Shown: positions 28,364 through 40,200 of the stretch, in pieces
Layout of the letters: every line of letters begins with the position of its first letter
Position numbering within the stretch: the stretch's first letter is position 1
Source: an uncultured virus (IMG/VR IMGVR_UViG_3300009164_003518)
Lineage: Duplodnaviria; Heunggongvirae; Uroviricota; Caudoviricetes
IMG/VR virus record: IMGVR_UViG_3300009164_003518
Coordinates: 1-64,000 of that record
Reading direction: 5' to 3' (one strand)
Length of the DNA stretch: 64,000 nucleotides
Program-made: the position numbers and the translations under genes
The notes under the pieces: model-generated
The model's database searches: none
Seen by the model: only the letters and a program-made list of their open reading frames with translations
What the model was told of the DNA's origin: nothing

Positions 28364-28768
28364 GCTTCTTAAGTAAAAAACAATATTTCGAGATGCCCCA
28401 TCGGTTACAAATACATTGTAGTTTTGTTCAATACTTTCGCTAAGTCCTGCGATATACGGTACTCCGTTAAAGTCAGTTATCATATAGCCTACAGGATTCT
28501 CGTTATGTTCAAATAATCGATCACGTTCTGTATAAAAGTCAAATGCCCATATTCTAATAATTTCGTTAGTATTAAATCCTAATGCAGTGCCAACGCTGTT
28601 GATTAACTGTGGCGGAGTAGTAAACGATATATTTGCCCTAATACCAAGTGTTTGTATAACTGTTTGAAAGTTTTGTTCTTTCCAGCGTAATTCTTCTTTG
28701 CCCAGTTCGCTTCTATATTGCCCGGTATGTGTAATATCAACTGTGGTGTATAAACTGTAATTCATCAC
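28361..28768 (-). CDS. Hypothetical protein
   Basis: LYTTVDITHTG..QNFQTVIQTLGIRAN; TAAATA upstream. Confidence 0.65.
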   Translation of the reverse strand: MMNYSLYTTVDITHTGQYRSELGKEELRWKEQNFQTVIQTLGIRANISFTTPPQLINSVGTALGFNTNEIIRIWAFDFYTERDRLFEHNENPVGYMITDFNGVPYIAGLSESIEQNYNVFVTDGASRNIVFYLRS

Positions 28769-28783
28769 GTATTTAACAGAGGT

Positions 28784-28810
28784 AAAAAAGCCTGCTATAA
28801 AAGCAGGCTT
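28784..28810 (-). terminator. Rho-independent terminator
   Basis: AAGCCTGCT-TTTAT-AGCAGGCTT followed by TTTT. Confidence 0.8.
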
Positions 28811-28839
28811 AGTCTTCCCATCCCGGGGTAAGTCGTTAA

Positions 28840-29208
28840 TTACTTAGCTGGTGTAAAGATTGCTTCGATACTAACAGTAACACCTGCAATAGCCATGTCA
28901 GCATCAGCAACTGTTAGGTCGCCTGTGCCTTGAACACGCAAGAATACATTGTCAGTTGTTCCGCTAACGAAAGCTGAACCGTCTGCTGTACCAACTGCTG
29001 CAACTGTGAATGCTGAATCACCTGTTCCACCAGAACCGTGTGCAGTTGTGATGTAACCAATGATTGAAGACAAGTCAGCGTCTGTTAAGTTTGTACCTGC
29101 AACCTTAACGATCAGCTCGCGGCCGACGTCAGCTTGGTTGATTTGGTGCTTTAAATAATTTGCGCCAACTGTTGTTGCGCCTACTACTACTGAAATATTT
29201 GATGGCAT
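28840..29208 (-). CDS. Probable virion structural protein
   Basis: Gly/Ala/Thr-rich, strong GAGGAG RBS, with its own TAAATA and terminator. Confidence 0.55.
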   Translation of the reverse strand: MPSNISVVVGATTVGANYLKHQINQADVGRELIVKVAGTNLTDADLSSIIGYITTAHGSGGTGDSAFTVAAVGTADGSAFVSGTTDNVFLRVQGTGDLTVADADMAIAGVTVSIEAIFTPAK

Positions 29209-29319
29209 AATAATTCTCCTCTGGATATGCTATTCAACTACTCACACTCTGTGAGCCTTTGTAATAATATTTATCCAAACTCTGGAAAAATGTTCAGTAA
29301 GAGTACAGTTTTAGTGACT

Positions 29320-29973
29320 TTATTTTAATGGGTTTGACAGTACTTGATCAATATCTTGTAGTAGGTCAAATTGCGGCATATATGTTCTATATGCATTTAA
29401 AATGCGGGCGGCAGTGTTTGATACGTCACTATCCACTGGATTATTGTAGCTTAATAATCTGCGTATTTCTTTGTAAAGTGCTGTGTTAATTCCCAGAGCC
29501 TGTTCAAGCTGCATTAAAAAATAAACATTGCGACTGCTTTCGCTGTTAATGGTGTATAACCATCCATTTAGTGCCATGGTAGGTAAATGTATGCGTTCAC
29601 GAGCTTTACGTGCATCTGATGAATGGAATATTTGTTCAACTCGTCGAGGGTCTGCTTGTACAAAATATACTAAATTATGCAGGTCAGTTGCACCGGATCT
29701 AAACTCTGTATAGTTACTATACATACAGGTAGTCTTAGCATATCTTTCTGCAATTTTTTTACCGTTCTTTAATCTTGATAAGAATTCAATGGTAAGCACA
29801 GTAAGGTACAATAATTCGCAGGCACCACTGTAGGTTAATTTTAGATCGCTTTCACTGCGTAGCATTCGAGCTTCTTTTAATTCTTTGATAAAGCTCATCA
29901 TGCCTGTAGGTTTTGATTCATAGTCTAAACTATGGCCGCCTGCCATTAACGCTCTTTCCATTTCTGTAAACAT
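29320..29973 (-). CDS. Hypothetical protein, probably head-associated
   Basis: EMERALMAGGHSL; internal MSFIKELKE. Confidence 0.55.
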   Translation of the reverse strand: MFTEMERALMAGGHSLDYESKPTGMMSFIKELKEARMLRSESDLKLTYSGACELLYLTVLTIEFLSRLKNGKKIAERYAKTTCMYSNYTEFRSGATDLHNLVYFVQADPRRVEQIFHSSDARKARERIHLPTMALNGWLYTINSESSRNVYFLMQLEQALGINTALYKEIRRLLSYNNPVDSDVSNTAARILNAYRTYMPQFDLLQDIDQVLSNPLK

Positions 29974-31124
29974 TATGTAGGTGTCCAGCGTTTACGAGGT
30001 ACAAGTTTAACGTTGCCAAATTGTTTGTTTTTATCGGCATAGCGTACACGCCCTTCACCTTCAGTATCCCAAATTTCTCCTTGGGCACCGCTTTCAATTT
30101 GTTGTATAACGTCGTCTTTAAGTTCCATTATCTGAGTAACAAGACTAAACACAGCTTCTAATGCATTTTGATTTAGCTGTGCTAACTCTTTAATCTTGGT
30201 CTGCTTATTAGTACTGACCTTGCTGGTAGTAAGCCAATTAAAGAAGGCATTAGCATTTAGATTAGCGAGCTGTTTGGCCTTAGCAGTTTGGTTAACAAAG
30301 GTATAGAGTATATTTTTAAGGTCGCCAAGTCCTGGAGTTTCTTGTAAAAAACTATCTATACCCTTAGCGTTCTGTTTAAGATATGCTTCAACTGCTGCGA
30401 TTTTATCGCTGCCGACACTCACAGGTGAGGAATTATAAACTGGGCCTTGTACAATTAATTGTGCCGTGCCGTTAAACATGCTGAAGTCGTCTAATGGCTT
30501 TTGTTCATCGTCTGGCATGCCAAACTGTGGAAAAAATGCATGTCCCACAACCATTACCTGTGCGTTGGCAATACGTTGCCCAAGTTCACTGTCTGCTCTT
30601 ACGTGATAGCAAGTCTTTGATTTAGGATTAGGACAGAATGTATAAACACCTTGTTGATCTACTGCTGGTTGTTGTAAAAATAATCCGTCAGCGTAGACAA
30701 AGCCCACAAAGTCACGGGGTGTAGCTTTGTCAAATAACGGATATAGCGATGCAAATTGTTTGGCAAATTGATCACGTGCTCGCTTGTCTTCTGGGGTCTT
30801 AGGTGTACCGCTTTTGTTAGCAATAAAATCTTCTACTTCTTCTGGGCTTGTGGTCATTGCACCACGGCTCCAACCATTATGTCCAGCTAACACTAACGGG
30901 CCGCCTCGCGTTGCACGGCCCCAATATATTTGAGGATTACCGTCCCATTTCATACGTACAGTTTGACTGCCTTCTTCTGTGGCAATTTCTCTAACGTGTG
31001 CAAGAGCTTCAAGCGTTCCATTACTGCCATGGAAGAATACGAGATCTTCCAGATGGTTAAATGCACGGCCAAGTTTTTTCTTGGCAGCTACCTCTGCTTC
31101 TTTTAAGAATTCATTTGCTCTCAT
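29973..31124 (-). CDS. DUF6267-like protein with a ligase-type KxDG motif
   Basis: HLEDLVF, KWDGNP, ADGLF, GEG.V, VKLVPR; MRANEFLKE N-terminus. Confidence 0.7.
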   Translation of the reverse strand: MRANEFLKEAEVAAKKKLGRAFNHLEDLVFFHGSNGTLEALAHVREIATEEGSQTVRMKWDGNPQIYWGRATRGGPLVLAGHNGWSRGAMTTSPEEVEDFIANKSGTPKTPEDKRARDQFAKQFASLYPLFDKATPRDFVGFVYADGLFLQQPAVDQQGVYTFCPNPKSKTCYHVRADSELGQRIANAQVMVVGHAFFPQFGMPDDEQKPLDDFSMFNGTAQLIVQGPVYNSSPVSVGSDKIAAVEAYLKQNAKGIDSFLQETPGLGDLKNILYTFVNQTAKAKQLANLNANAFFNWLTTSKVSTNKQTKIKELAQLNQNALEAVFSLVTQIMELKDDVIQQIESGAQGEIWDTEGEGRVRYADKNKQFGNVKLVPRKRWTPT

Positions 31125-31873
31125 ATTTTATTCAACACGTTACGGAACCATTCTTGTGGTCCTTCTTCGGCAACTTTATCTTGCTTTTTTGGACTCCAAT
31201 TAGGATCCTCTTCGGCTCGGGCAAGTAATGCCTGTGCTTGCTCTTCAGGCAATGATTTCAATATAGCTTCTACACTACCAAGACTCTTTGATGTTGCCTT
31301 TGGACTAATAAGTCGCTGTGCTATTTCATCAAGGTCATCGCTGACAAATTCGCCTTTTTTACCTTCAGCGGTTCTACTGAACAAGCCTTGCCAAGCTGAC
31401 CACATATAACCTTTTTGTTTGGCCAAGATGGCCATGACCAACTGTTTGTTTACACCTTTATATGGGCTTTTATCTGGAATATCATGTGTGTGAAATTTAC
31501 TGATTCTGTCTGCCTTAGGAGTAATCATTATATCTACTTGGTGGGCTTCGGTACCAACTGGCACACGAACATGTACGTTGATACCAGTTTGTGCAGTTTG
31601 TAAACCCTGAGCTGAAATAAAATCACTTAACGCTCTACGTGCAGATTTGGCATCTTTTGATTTAAAAAAATTAACTACTTGTTCTTCGTCAGCAATAACA
31701 TCCATGTCACCACTTTTCTTGCCAGCTTTTGGAGTAGCTGCTGATCCAACTGGGATCACAGAAAGGCCTGCGCCTGCTACTGCTCGTTGTACTTTATTTA
31801 AAATCTCTGGCACCAATGCGTGATCAAATGGTGTAACATCCGGAAATACATTTCCGCCTTCAAGCAGTATCAT
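31121..31873 (-). CDS. Nucleotidyltransferase-fold protein
   Basis: LLEGGNVF, VGSA..KSGDMDV, QVDIM, SPYKGV. Confidence 0.75.
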   Translation of the reverse strand: MILLEGGNVFPDVTPFDHALVPEILNKVQRAVAGAGLSVIPVGSAATPKAGKKSGDMDVIADEEQVVNFFKSKDAKSARRALSDFISAQGLQTAQTGINVHVRVPVGTEAHQVDIMITPKADRISKFHTHDIPDKSPYKGVNKQLVMAILAKQKGYMWSAWQGLFSRTAEGKKGEFVSDDLDEIAQRLISPKATSKSLGSVEAILKSLPEEQAQALLARAEEDPNWSPKKQDKVAEEGPQEWFRNVLNKI

Positions 31874-32120
31874 CTCTGTTTTCCTGTATTTTTTTAATGC
31901 CGCGCTTAAATTTCGCTGGCTCTGCTGTTCTAATAGCGTTTATAAATCGACGCTCAAGCTCGGCTGCTGTTTCAAGGTCGTAATTTTCTCTAATTAACGA
32001 TAATAAGTTAATTGCACTTTCAATAAGGTTAGAACCGCGACTTTCGATTACTAAATCTTTGTTACGATTTACACCTAAATCACTCAATTCTTGTAGGATT
32101 GACCTTGTACTTTTTCTCAT
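31860..32120 (-). CDS. Conserved hypothetical protein
   Basis: TRSILQEL..IESR..IESAINLL..ELERRFINAIR. Confidence 0.65.
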   Translation of the reverse strand: MRKSTRSILQELSDLGVNRNKDLVIESRGSNLIESAINLLSLIRENYDLETAAELERRFINAIRTAEPAKFKRGIKKIQENRDDTA

Positions 32121-32251
32121 GTTTCAGCATTCCTTTGCTATATTTACCGTTTTTGCAAAGTAAAATAAAAATGTTGCAATGCCAGGTAAAAAGACTAAAT
32201 ATATTAGTAGAAACCATGAGTCTCTACACACACTTACACAAGGATTATAGC

Positions 32252-32431
32252 ATGAAATTCATATCAGAGCAAATGATTAGAGTAATGGAACGTTTATCAG
32301 AAATGTTTCCAGGATCTAATTATCAAAGCAGCTTAGACGCTTATCTAAGCACCAAAGGCATTACCGATGCCGCCCAGTTGGAAAACTATATCCAACAATA
32401 CCACTATTCTCAAAAGGAAAAAAATATATGA
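32252..32431 (+). CDS. DUF3563-like small protein
   Basis: SSLDAYLSTKGITDAAQLENYIQQY; AAGGA RBS. Confidence 0.55.
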   Translation: MKFISEQMIRVMERLSEMFPGSNYQSSLDAYLSTKGITDAAQLENYIQQYHYSQKEKNI

Positions 32432-32532
32432 AAAAAATTATCAACACAATTTACGAAGGTCTAATTAACTGGGCAGAAATGATCCATGAGTATCGTCAAA
32501 GCTCTGCAAGCAGATATCATTATTGGAAGTAA
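32428..32532 (+). CDS. Small protein, 34 aa
   Basis: MKKIINTIYEGLINWAEMIHEYRQSSASRYHYWK*; ATGA overlap. Confidence 0.55.
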   Translation: MKKIINTIYEGLINWAEMIHEYRQSSASRYHYWK

Positions 32533-32534
32533 TC

Positions 32535-32618
32535 ATGGACATAGAATTAGTAGCAATTCAGATTATTGTGTTTGGCATAATAATTCTTGTATACATGACG
32601 CAGGAGTTTTTTAAATGA
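32535..32618 (+). CDS. Single-TM peptide, 27 aa
   Basis: MDIELVAIQIIVFGIIILVYMTQEFFK*. Confidence 0.5.
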   Translation: MDIELVAIQIIVFGIIILVYMTQEFFK

Positions 32619-32713
32619 ATTTTATAGAAACTCTCATAATGTTACTACGCTGGAAACAAGAAGGATGGGAAGTACATCCTATTATCACTGGCGAGTTCGA
32701 AGGCTGGGTTTAA
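32615..32713 (+). CDS. Small protein, 32 aa
   Basis: MNFIETLIMLLRWKQEGWEVHPIITGEFEGWV*; AGGAG RBS; ATGA overlap. Confidence 0.55.
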   Translation: MNFIETLIMLLRWKQEGWEVHPIITGEFEGWV

Positions 32714-32726
32714 ATCACCATATCGC

Positions 32727-32760
32727 TTTACAGACACTACAGTTGTCTGTATAATAAATA
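32727..32760 (+). promoter_or_regulatory. sigma70 promoter containing a palindrome, overlapping TAAATA
   Basis: TTTACA-17-TATAAT; TACAGACA-N7-TGTCTGTA at 32729-32751. Confidence 0.7.
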
Positions 32761-32790
32761 CATTACACATATACACACAAGGAGAATAAT

Positions 32791-33066
32791 ATGTTCACAC
32801 CAGATTTCTACATTGATTTATTTCAATCATCAAAGCGTCAGTTAACCAACCAAGTTTACAAAGACGACACACTTAACAAAGCCTGCAATGCATTTATCGA
32901 CGCTCAAACAGCGTTTGCTAAAATGATGGTTAAAAATTACATTGATTTATCTGCACACAGTGCGGACGCTATCAGTAAAGTTTTGTTCCCTAAAAAGGAA
33001 GAAACAGTCAAGTCCAAGACTGCTAAAAAATCAGACAATACAGACATTAACACACAAGGAGAATAA
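32791..33066 (+). CDS. Phasin-like helical protein
   Basis: YIDLFQSSKRQLTN..FIDAQTAFAK amphipathic pattern; AAGGAG RBS. Confidence 0.55.
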   Translation: MFTPDFYIDLFQSSKRQLTNQVYKDDTLNKACNAFIDAQTAFAKMMVKNYIDLSAHSADAISKVLFPKKEETVKSKTAKKSDNTDINTQGE

Positions 33067-33067
33067 T

Positions 33068-33331
33068 ATGTCATTTGAAACAAAATTACCAGAAGTTAAA
33101 TTCAACAAGAACGGCTACGAAATCCGCACAGATATCTTGGGTATGGCCAAGGATTTAGTTAGCGATGACTTTCATGTCAAGTTCCAGGGTTGGGAAATGA
33201 CTGCCGCTCGTGACGAAAAGACTGGTCAGATCGTTACCACAGTGGGCATGCCAAGCCACCCAGGTCTTGAGAAAGTTTTGGAAACAGCAGAGAAAATGTA
33301 CGCCTTTGTCAATACTGGCGCTAAAAAATAA
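33068..33331 (+). CDS. Conserved phage hypothetical protein
   Basis: Start MSFETK; KNGYEIRTDILGMAK..P..EKVLETAEKMYAFV. Confidence 0.7.
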   Translation: MSFETKLPEVKFNKNGYEIRTDILGMAKDLVSDDFHVKFQGWEMTAARDEKTGQIVTTVGMPSHPGLEKVLETAEKMYAFVNTGAKK

Positions 33332-33371
33332 TTATATACGCTTATAGAGCAAACTATATTATACTATAAAC

Positions 33372-33398
33372 AAAAAGGACTCTTCGGAGTCCTTTTTT
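33372..33398. terminator. Bidirectional terminator
   Basis: AAAAAGGACTC-TTCG-GAGTCCTTTTTT between convergent genes. Confidence 0.9.
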
Positions 33399-34032
33399 AT
33401 TGCCACGCTACCATTTTAAATCGTTCACGTGGAATATTGAAATAGTCACACTTCCAATGGCTCTGTTCAAAGAAGTCCAAGTGATGCCACTTGTCCTTAT
33501 GTTCAAGTATTTGCTGTGCCGCATCATCCCAGTCTATAGTAGCCAGTTTAGCCTGTACCTGTAGTTTGCGTACTTGCACTTCTTCATAGTCAAAGCCATC
33601 GTATTCCCAGTGTAGGACTTCAAAAGCGTTACCTGCTCTATCTACATAATCCATTGAAAAGTCTAAACCCCACTTGGGTCGCAGGGCTATTAACTTATTA
33701 ACTAACGGAATAGTCTTGGCCCAGAACCGTAACTCTGCCAATGCTTCACCTGCGTAGGCCTTGCGTTCAAACAGTAGGCTGTGATTTAATACAGCACCTT
33801 CAACACGATCTAACTGTGTAAACCAATCTTGTTTGACTGCACGGATATGTTCTCTATGTTTCTTAGGTTTAACCCAGTTGCCGTAGGCAAAGTGTTGTTC
33901 AATAACAGTTAGATCATAACCGTTTTGATCAAACAGGGCAAGATCCTCTGGTGTTGGAAGATATACTAACTTGGCTATGGGCTTGTCCCAGTAACCGTTT
34001 GGATTTAACAGATTATCTGTTAAGTGAATCAT
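33397..34032 (-). CDS. Hypothetical protein
   Basis: FDQNGYDL..NHSLLFER..PKWGLDFSMDY. Confidence 0.65.
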   Translation of the reverse strand: MIHLTDNLLNPNGYWDKPIAKLVYLPTPEDLALFDQNGYDLTVIEQHFAYGNWVKPKKHREHIRAVKQDWFTQLDRVEGAVLNHSLLFERKAYAGEALAELRFWAKTIPLVNKLIALRPKWGLDFSMDYVDRAGNAFEVLHWEYDGFDYEEVQVRKLQVQAKLATIDWDDAAQQILEHKDKWHHLDFFEQSHWKCDYFNIPRERFKMVAWQ

Positions 34033-34037
34033 TTAAC

Positions 34038-34250
34038 TTAGGTAGTTGTAGTCCAAGGACGACCTTCAACAAGTCCACCGGTGTTGGCATTGTCTGTAAC
34101 AGCATTGCCTGTGTATTGTGTGGGCAATTGTGTAATATTGTAGGTTGCTCGAGGATTGCCATCTGCCGCACGTTTGGTCGCTGCCAAATCAAGTTTAGCC
34201 TTTTGACGTAATTCTTTAGTTGATAATGTTGATATGCCGTTAAGTGCCAT
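34038..34250 (-). CDS. Small virion-type protein
   Basis: MALNGISTL..LPTQY..GLVEGRPW; GAGG RBS; TAAATA upstream. Confidence 0.6.
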   Translation of the reverse strand: MALNGISTLSTKELRQKAKLDLAATKRAADGNPRATYNITQLPTQYTGNAVTDNANTGGLVEGRPWTTTT

Positions 34251-34270
34251 GTTATACCTCTTCCTAATAT

Positions 34271-37200
34271 TTATCCTATCCAAATCTGCTTAGAAGATCC
34301 CGAACCTGCTATCACTCGTACTTCGCCAGACTCACCGCCCAACTTCAACGATGCAGGTTCATTCGAGTACTCTTGTTTGAACAGTGTATAGCCCTTGGTG
34401 AAACTGTAGCCCATAATATCACCAACGTGATTTACAGGATAGTACATTCGAGTTACACCAAGATTGTCAATTAGATCAAGATCTACATATGAACTATTGA
34501 TGTCACTTCTACTGCTCTGTGTTAGATAATCAGCAGTAATGTTAATTGTAGGATCTTGAACTATGTTAGATACTATGGTGTTGCTGGCTTCAGCCATCAA
34601 GTCTGACACAGTGACATTGCTCACTGCCATAGTCATACTTGTTGCCACTTCTGCACCTAACTGATTGACTGAGAACACTTCAACAAAGTTGAATATCTGC
34701 TCAATGGCAGTGTCAATGTTGTAAGTAACAAACGGTATGTCATTGAAGTTGTACTTGACAGATGTACTGAAAATAGTAATCACTGCCAATACTGCATCAT
34801 TGACATTGTTACTGATAATAGTATTAGATGCTACACTGCTCAGTTCGTTATCGCTTGTTGATGCAACTGAGATAATAACTGCCACTTGAACATCAGCATC
34901 GAACACCAACGCTGTGGTATCAACGAAGTTGAATATTTGGACAATGGCTTCTTCGGCAACTAACTCAACAAACTGTACAGTTTCAACGTTACTGGTTATC
35001 TCATTGCTGACAATGTCTACTACAGCCAAGTTAGTTGTGTCAGTGTATGAGTATACTACTGCTACTTGTACATCAGCGTCAACTTCATTATTTGAAACAT
35101 CAACGACATTGAATGATTGTATGACTATGTCTTCAGCAACTAACTCAACAAACTGTACAGTTTCAACATTGCTGGTTATTTCAGTGCTGACAATGTCAAC
35201 CACAGCAAGGTTAGCACTATCGTCATAGGCATATACTATTGATACTTGTACTTCGGCTGCTATTTCATTATCTGAAATATTAACAACATTGTATGATTGT
35301 ATGACTATGTCTTCAGCAACTAACTCAACAAACTGTACAGTTTCAACATCGCTGGTTATTTCAGTGCTGACAATGTCTACTACAGCAAGGACGGCACTAT
35401 CAACTACATTAACTGCTCTGCTGATCAATACAGTAGCATCTATCTCACTGTCGGAAGTATCAACATAGTTGAATATCAGTTGAATTAGATCTTCTGCGGC
35501 AACTTCTACGTCAGCATCAGAAACAACAAAACTTGTTATGGCGTTATCGCCTGTTGCACCAATGTCGGCAATGTATCCAAATTCTGCGCCGAGGTTGTGT
35601 ATCTGTACAATGCCAAGGTCTGTTACGTTGGTATTATCTAACAACAGGCCTGTACCAGTGACATATGGTCCATCAGTTGGGCCATTTAGTGCATCTGATA
35701 CAGATATTGTTATTGTATAAGAACTGTCTGGCTGTTCTTCTACAACTATATCACTGATAGTTCCATAATAGACAAACGGTGAGCCGTCAATTAACAATCG
35801 CTGGCCACGGTTTGGAGCAAATACTTTATCTTCTATGGCTTTGAGCAGTGCGGCCACATCGCCAGGTTGTCCATCACTTCTGTCTTCACCTGCCAGCACA
35901 ACGTCTGCCGTGTCACCAATCTTGGCATATTCGAACGGCACTTGTGGTACTGCCAACCGTACTTTGATGGCTTTGTCGTAGAGATCCAGATCAGCGGATT
36001 CTGGATAATTGAATATTCGTTTCTCAATTGCTGTTGCAGCCAACTCGAAGAACTGTATAGTTTCTACATTGCTGGTTATCTCATTGCTGACAATGTCTAC
36101 TACAGCCAATACAGCAGTGTCATAATATACATGTACTAATTTTACTACTACATCTGCATCTAATTCAACATCAACAGTGTTATCAACAACGAATATCTGC
36201 TGGATAGTATCTGTAGCAGCCAATTCAAAGAACTGTACAGTATCAACGTTGCTGGTTATCTCGTTACTGACAATATCTACCAAGGCCAATACAGCAGTGT
36301 CATCAATGCTGAATGACTTGCTGATTACCACTGTGGCATCAATTTCTAAGGCTGTACTATCAACATAGTTAAATCGTTGTTCAATGGCTTCTGTAGCAGC
36401 AAGATCTAAGAATGAACTGTCTTGTACATTGCTGGTTATCTCATTGCTGACAATATCTACTACAGCCAACACAGCATTGTCACTGAACGAGTAGGCATTT
36501 GATATAACAACAGTAGATTCAATTTCTAAATCAGTTGTGTCTACATAATTGAATCGCTGTTCAATTGCTTCATTGACACCCATGTCAAGTGCTATGGTAT
36601 TGTCAAGTTCAGTTATGTACTCAATGCTCTGTATGTCTACCAATGCCAACACAGCACTGTCGTCAACTGCATAGATTGCCGATGTAGTAAATGTTGATGT
36701 TATCTCAATGTCTGCTGAATCGGCAATATTGGATACTTTTATAATGGCGTCAGTAGCAGTTAAGTCTAAGAATGAACTGTCTTGTACGTTACTTGTGTAT
36801 TCAATGCTCTGTATGTCTACTAATGCCAACACAGCACTATCAGCAAATACATATGCTAATGATATTACAGTTGTTGCGGCTATTTCTGTGTTGGCACTGT
36901 CAACATAATTAAATCTCTGCTCAACTGCTTCTGTAGCGGCAAGATCCAAGAATGAACTGTCTTGAACAGTGCTGGTTATCTCATTGCTGACAATATCTAC
37001 TACAGCCAACACAGCACTATCTGCAAATACATATGCTAATGAAACTACCGTTGTGGCATCAATTTCTAATGCTGTACTATCAACATAGTTGAATCTCTGC
37101 TCAACTGCTTCTGTAGCGGCAAGATCCAAGAATGAACTGTCTTGTACATTGCTTGTGTATTCAATACTCTGTATATCTACCAGGGCCAATACAGCACTGT

Positions 37201-40200
37201 CAACATATATGAACAACTGGCTAATTACCACTGTAGATTCAATCTCTACAGCAGCATTGTCAACATAGTTGAATCTCTGTTCAATAGCAGTAGTAGCAGC
37301 CAACTCTATGAATGAACTATCTTGAACGTTACTTGTGTATTCAATGCTCTGTATGTCTACCAGTGCCAACACAGCACTATCAGCAAATACATACGCTAAT
37401 GATATTACAGTTGTGGCTGCTATTTCAACAGCAATTGTATCAGCATAACTAACTTTCTGTTCAATAACAGTAGTGGCAGTTAAGTCTAAGAATGAACTGT
37501 CTTCAATGTTACTGATGTATTCGATACTGTGAATATCTACAACAGCAAGGGTAGCACTATCAGCAAATACATATGCCAATGATATAACAGTTGTTGCGTC
37601 TATCTCTACCGCAGTTGTATCAGCATAATTGAATCGCTGTTCAATAGCAGTGGTAGCGGCAAGTTCAAGTCCTACAGTATTATCAAGTTCAGTTATGTAC
37701 TCAATTGATTGTATATCTACAACAGCAAGATTGGCGCTGTCAACATAGTTGAATCTTTGTTTGACTGTGTCAGTGGCTGTGATCTCTACAGCAGTAGTAT
37801 CAATATAACTAATCTTCTGTTCAATAGCAGTGGTAGCGGCGAGATCTAAGAATGAACTATCTTGAACGTTACTCGAGTAGGCAATACTCTGTATATCTAC
37901 CAAGGCCAATACAGCACTGCTGTTAATTGTAACTATTCGTGTTACTACATCAGTAGCGGCAAATTCACAGAACTCTATATCATCAAAATTACGTTTAGAT
38001 GATGTAGATACAATATCAACTAATGCCAATACAGCACTGTCTGCAATAGTAACTACTCGCTTGACTGCGGCAGTGGCTGTGATCTCAAGTGCTAACGTAT
38101 TGGCAATCACACTGGCTAACGAAGTAGCATCACTATCAGCAATCACCACTGTGGCCGTGCTATCAAAGACAAAACGTTGTTCAACAACAGTTGTTGCTGT
38201 TAACTCAAGTGCTACGTTATTATTAACGTTGCTGGCTATCTCAACACTTTGTATATCAACAATGGCTAAGTTGGCTGTGTTAACAACTCCACGTGTTGAA
38301 CTTGTTACAGAACTATCAGATACTGCTAATGCAGCTTCTGTAGCATAGACTCTTATTTTACTTACTACATCAGTAGCCGCAAGTTCAATTGCTACATCAT
38401 TATCAACGTTGCTGGCTATTTCATTGCTGACAATATCTACCAGAGCCAACACAGCAGTGCTATTAATAGCACGGATGCGTTTAACAGTGGTTGTTGCCGC
38501 AATCTCAAGTTCTACTGTGTTGTCAATATTTCTCTTTACTTCAGTGCTTTGAATATCAACTACAGCCAATACCGCAGTTTCATCCAGTACAACAATCTGT
38601 TTGACTGTTGAGGTTGCGTTAAGTTCAAGATCAGTTACGCTGACTAATACAAATAGTTTAATTACTACAGCCGATGCCGCAATTTCAATAGCAACTGTAT
38701 CATCAATGACAGTTACATATTTGACTACGTCAGTAACACCCATTTCAAGTGCTATGGTATTATCAAGTTCAGTGATGTACTCAATTGATTGTATGTCAAC
38801 AACAGCCAATACCGCAGTGCTGTTAATTGCATAAACGTGTTTGATTACATCTGTAACTACAAATTCACTGAACTCTACATCATTGATATTATGTTTAGAT
38901 GACGTAGATACAATATCAACTAATGCCAATGTGACAGAGTCGTCAAGTACAACAATTTGTTTAACCGCTGAAGTAATACCAAGTTCTATTGATCCAACTG
39001 TGATACGTGACAGCGATCGTTTCTCAACTGCTGTTGCTGTAATTTCTACAGCAATCGTATCATCAATAACAGTTACGTACTTGACTACGTCAGTGACACC
39101 TATTTCAAGTGCTACGGTGTTGTCAAGTTCAGTGATGTACTCGATACTTTGTATATCAACTACAGCCAATACAGCAGTGCTATTGATTACTGATACTTGT
39201 TTGATTACATCAGTGATTATGAATTCACAGAATTCTACATCATTGATGTTGTGTTTAGATGACGTAGATACAATGTCTACCAATGCTAACTCAGCATCGT
39301 CATCAACAATGAATATCTGTTGAATTGCTGAAGTAATACCAAGTTCTATTGATCCAACTGTGATACGTGACAGCGATCGTTTCTCAACTGCTGATGCTGT
39401 AACCTCAAGTGCTGTTGTTTCAACTGACGTAACCACATGGGCAATAACATCAGTTACAGCAACTTCCAGTGCTATGGTATTGTCAATCTCTGTTGAGTAT
39501 TCAATGCTCTGTATATCTACCAGGGCCAACACGGCAGTGGCAATACGTGCAAATACTCGTTTCTCAACTGCGGTTGCTGTAATCTCAAGTGCTGTTGTTT
39601 CAACTGATGTAACCACATAGGCAACGGCATCAGTAACACCCATTTCAAGTGCTATGGTATTATCAAGTTCAGTGATGTACTCAATTGATTGTACGTCAAC
39701 AACAGCCAATACCGCAGTGCTGACAATTGCGTAAGCATGTTTGATTACATCAGTAACTTCGAATTCAAAGAATTCTACATCGGCAAAGTTGCGTTTAGAT
39801 GACGTAGATACAATATCAACTAATGCCAATACAGCATCGTCGTCAACAATGAATCTCTGCTGTATTAATGAAGTTGCAGTAATTTCAAGTGGTGCTGTGG
39901 CAATACGTGCAAATACTCGTTTCTCAACTGTGGTTGCCGCAATCTCAAGTGCTGTTGTTTCAACTGATTTGAATACTGCGGTTACCACATCAGTAACAGC
40001 AAGTTCAAGTGCTATGGTATTATCAAGTTCAGTGATGTACTCAATTGATTGTATATCAACCAGAGCCAATACCGCAGTATCGTCAAATACTCTAACATAC
40101 TTAACTACTTCGTTTCTATTAACTTCTAAAGGTATTGTAGCAACATTGTTACTGACTATGCTGTTAGATGTTACACCAAATATCTTGTACGGACGCGGTG

